Part shown: piece after piece, positions 61,160-64,000 of the stretch | How positions within the stretch are numbered: position 1 is the first letter of the stretch | Layout: each line of letters starts with the position of its first letter | Assembly: GCA_047495785.1 (NCBI GenBank) | Contig: JBLDXI010000009.1 | Span: forward strand, 744,001-808,000 | Source of the DNA: Lepidodermella squamata | Taxonomy: Eukaryota > Animalia > Gastrotricha | Direction: 5' to 3' | Length of the DNA stretch: 64,000 nt | Position numbers and translations under genes: made by a program | Notes under the pieces: model-generated | The model's input: only the letters and a program-made list of their open reading frames with translations | Told to the model about the DNA's origin: nothing | The model's database searches: none

Positions 61160-61962
61160 GATTTTTGATTGAATGCGCTTGATGCTTGAGGCGCTGATGA
61201 ACCGTGGCACTGAGGAAGAAAGCTTAGCAGCCTTTCCTCGGCGACAAAAAAAACCGTAAAAACTAATAAGAAGAGCCTCCTTCCATTCAGCAAAGTACAA
61301 AGCGTAAAAATCCTGGACCACAGTCTGCGATTCACGTGTCGTTTGCTAACAATGAAATGAGGTTGCACAATGCAATTTTTGTATATTCTTGAAGTATGCT
61401 AGATTTGCGATGTTATGTTATTCACTGTTATTCACCTTGAAAAGGATCGTTAGTACGCATTGCGGTGGGACCGAATTTTCGGATTTTACGTGAGGTGTGG
61501 AAAACGAAGAGAGCACATCAAGGTTTGACGTAGCGAAAAAAGAAACTCGGTAGTCTAACAATTGCCTCATAGAACTCCTCACAGAAGACAGCTTTGCCGC
61601 TCGCTGGCCGTATTTACGACCGTATTTACGTAAGTCGAATGTATACCTCTACAGACGGGCACTTGGTGACAGCAAGAATGAGATGAAGGCGCCCCTATTC
61701 TGATTCATTTTTGACTACCTGTCTCAACACAAACGCAATACAGAAATTGATCCGCTGATTGGCTCCTTGATTCAGGCGATATTACAGACTTAGGGAATTG
61801 CTCGTGTCGAAGGCGTGATCATCTTCATCGAGGATTCTTGCTCACAAATTTGAAGCGAAGATTTGTCTGAGAACGTTTACAAATCTTAACGCCGCACGCG
61901 CCGAGAATCTTTGAGTCGCAGACTCAGATTTGGTTGATTTGGTTGGTTCCACTCAGTTGCTT

Positions 61963-62015
61963 CTGGTGGAAAGCAAAGCTCTCTTCGCCAAAATATGAGC
62001 TTTGCTTTCCACCAG
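61963..62015. repeat. Perfect 19-bp inverted repeat with 15-nt loop
   Basis: ctggtggaaagcaaagctc / gagctttgctttccaccag. Confidence 0.9.
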
Positions 62016-62299
62016 GAAGGTCTTTGGTCAAGTTTGTTGATATGTTGGGAAACTGCAGATCGCATTGAATTTAGCAGCGCTTTCTAATTCGCTGATGGAA
62101 TAGCGCTGAATAGCTGGCCAGATCCGGGCAGGATTGCTGCCGGAAAATTTGGGGTCAGCGAGAAATTTCGGGAAGCATTTTTAGACCGTTGCAAAGCAAA
62201 AAGGGTAAAAACACCGCCAGCTGAAGCACGCTTTGCTCGCGAGTGGCTGATTTCGGGTATAATTGAAAGTAAAGTAGGTTTTAGAAAGAAAATATAATA

Positions 62300-62465
62300 A
62301 GGAAAAAAAGCCGACGGGTCTCGTGGCAGACCCCGTATAGATGTTTGCAATGAAACCAAAACTTCCGAATTCCGAAAAATCTGTTGACTGGACTTGTACC
62401 GAAACAAGAGACCATGGCAGTAGATCGAGTTGAATGGCAAAAAATAGTTGAGTCTCTGAAAGATT
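62300..62465 (+). pseudogene. Possible decayed 3' fragment of an RTE-like non-LTR retrotransposon
   Basis: GSRGRPR followed, after a frameshift, by MAVDRVEWQKIV, resembling the RGRP...A.DR..W C-terminal signature of RTE-type ORF2. Confidence 0.35.
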
Positions 62466-64000
62466 TGGAATTTTATAACAAAAGTAAAACATTTCATTAT
62501 CTTCGCCTCTATTATGGAATTATAAGACAGGAGACGACGTCGCCGAAGTCTCCCCGCAGTCTACTTTTTGTTTCGTAGAGCGGTAATTTCCAATCAATCT
62601 AATTCAATCAATGCTCGGCAATTTCGATGAACTCCGATACAATCGGGATTCGTATGGCTGCGACAACCTGCCAGCTTGCGATGGCCGCCTTTCTCGCGTG
62701 GAAAGCGCCTTCTTCGAACTACTGGTCGCCGTCGCCAAAGCCATCGAGTTCCTCCTGGCGAGGAAATTGCGCTGAATAGGCGGCTTGAATGCGAGGTCAA
62801 TCAAGAACGTGGTGCCAGGGTTGCGCTCAGCGATCGCTACAGATTACACTCGACAGCTTCCGAGAATTCGTGTTTGGTGTTTGGCATAGAGAACTCTATG
62901 GTGTTTGGTGACATCGCCGCCATGAAAAATGACATCAACAAGTTTAAGCCACATGCCGAGATCGACTGCATGCGCTTCTACGCGGACACTGCGACGCTGA
63001 CACGGCAATACCAAGAGCAGGTGGAGCCACTGCTACACGGAAAGCTATGCCGTCGCTCATTCGGTGTCCAAAAGGTCGAGAAAGCATCTGCGATGACTCA
63101 GCCTTCCGAATCTCCCAAGCAGGACGGTCGTCGAGTTTCAGAAAACGGCCAAACGGGCTGTACCGGACTGCCCGTCGATTCCAGCCCGCCACAGCCTCGA
63201 CTACGGCACTCTCACGAGGCCAGCCGCTTTATTTTTTATTTATTTATTTGTCTCTTTTTTTCATCGAGCGCTTTAACGCTTTCCTCCTCAATGGCCGCTT
63301 CGAGCCCGACAGCCGTAGGTCTTATAGCCTTTTCTCCGAACTCGGCGACTTGGTGATCGACTGCTCAGTCAGCTTAGCCCAGTCCATCTACGCGATCGAA
63401 GTTGAGAGGTGCTCTGACAGTGTTTTTTTTAAGCAGTTTAACAGTTTAAATTTTAAACACCAAACGAGAAATTTTTAAACACCAAAAAGGGCGAAATTTG
63501 GCCGAAATAGCAAGAAAATCGGTCTTCACCCCCCAAAATTACACTCCAAAACCGCAAATTTAAACACCGAATCAATCCTTAAAAAACACGCTGGCTCTGA
63601 GCACACCGATCATGCCCGGATAACCGCAACCATTGAGTTTTGGTTAGATCAGACTTCGCATAAATAAAGCTAAACTGTCTTTCAGAGCTGATTGTTCCTC
63701 TTTCCACTCAGCCCAGGTGATAGCCGAACAACTCAAATCGACCCCTCAAAGACCCCTGTCGCTTGCTCCAAGCCTCTCCGCACCAAGATTGCCTCGGCTT
63801 CCGACGGGGGTGAAGACGCTCACTCAGCGTCCGCCTGGCTTCACTCTTCGGCCGGTCGATACCCCGAACTCGCCCTCGCAAGACCTCCTCCGGCTCGCAA
63901 GATCCCACCGCTTAGTTCACCCTGGGCATTGCGACAAATAATCTGTTCAATTTCAAACTAGCATCGAACGACATGGCTATCAGATGGCGTGTATTGTCGG

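Noticed and set aside
62594-63961. ORFs 62676-63356, 63047-63478 and neighbours as genes
   Set aside because: No recognisable motifs, overlapping frames and no consistent splice pattern; likely decayed repeat sequence.

Overview
This is compact animal (invertebrate-type) nuclear DNA with mostly 45-65 nt GT-AG introns. Positions 1-47.5 kb carry 16 tightly packed host genes: NCBP3, a TRIM, an unknown protein, GDPD1-like, TBC1D23, TRIT1, C19orf53-like, RNF215, MORC2, a Tbx6-like T-box gene, MYBBP1A, ELOB, VPS37, PSPH, CHEK2 and a coiled-coil/QT-repeat protein. Fourteen of the 16 have an acceptor-like YAG within 30 nt of the start codon, and several form very tight same-strand clusters (one pair only 10 nt apart), which suggests SL trans-splicing and operons. 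Positions 49753-60098 hold an intact, very young 10.3-kb Ty3/gypsy element with apparently identical 330-bp LTRs, a tRNA-Leu PBS and a single gag-pol ORF. It also encodes an F-type envelope with two furin sites flanking a mucin-like segment, and a third ORF for an unknown nuclear protein with about five SUMO-interacting-like motifs (candidate anti-silencing factor). The element is flanked by a 527-bp direct duplication rather than a short TSD, and its right end looks unprocessed and patched by templated repair. Decayed TEs and hairpins follow. Gene names come from motif recognition by eye; no database searches were run.
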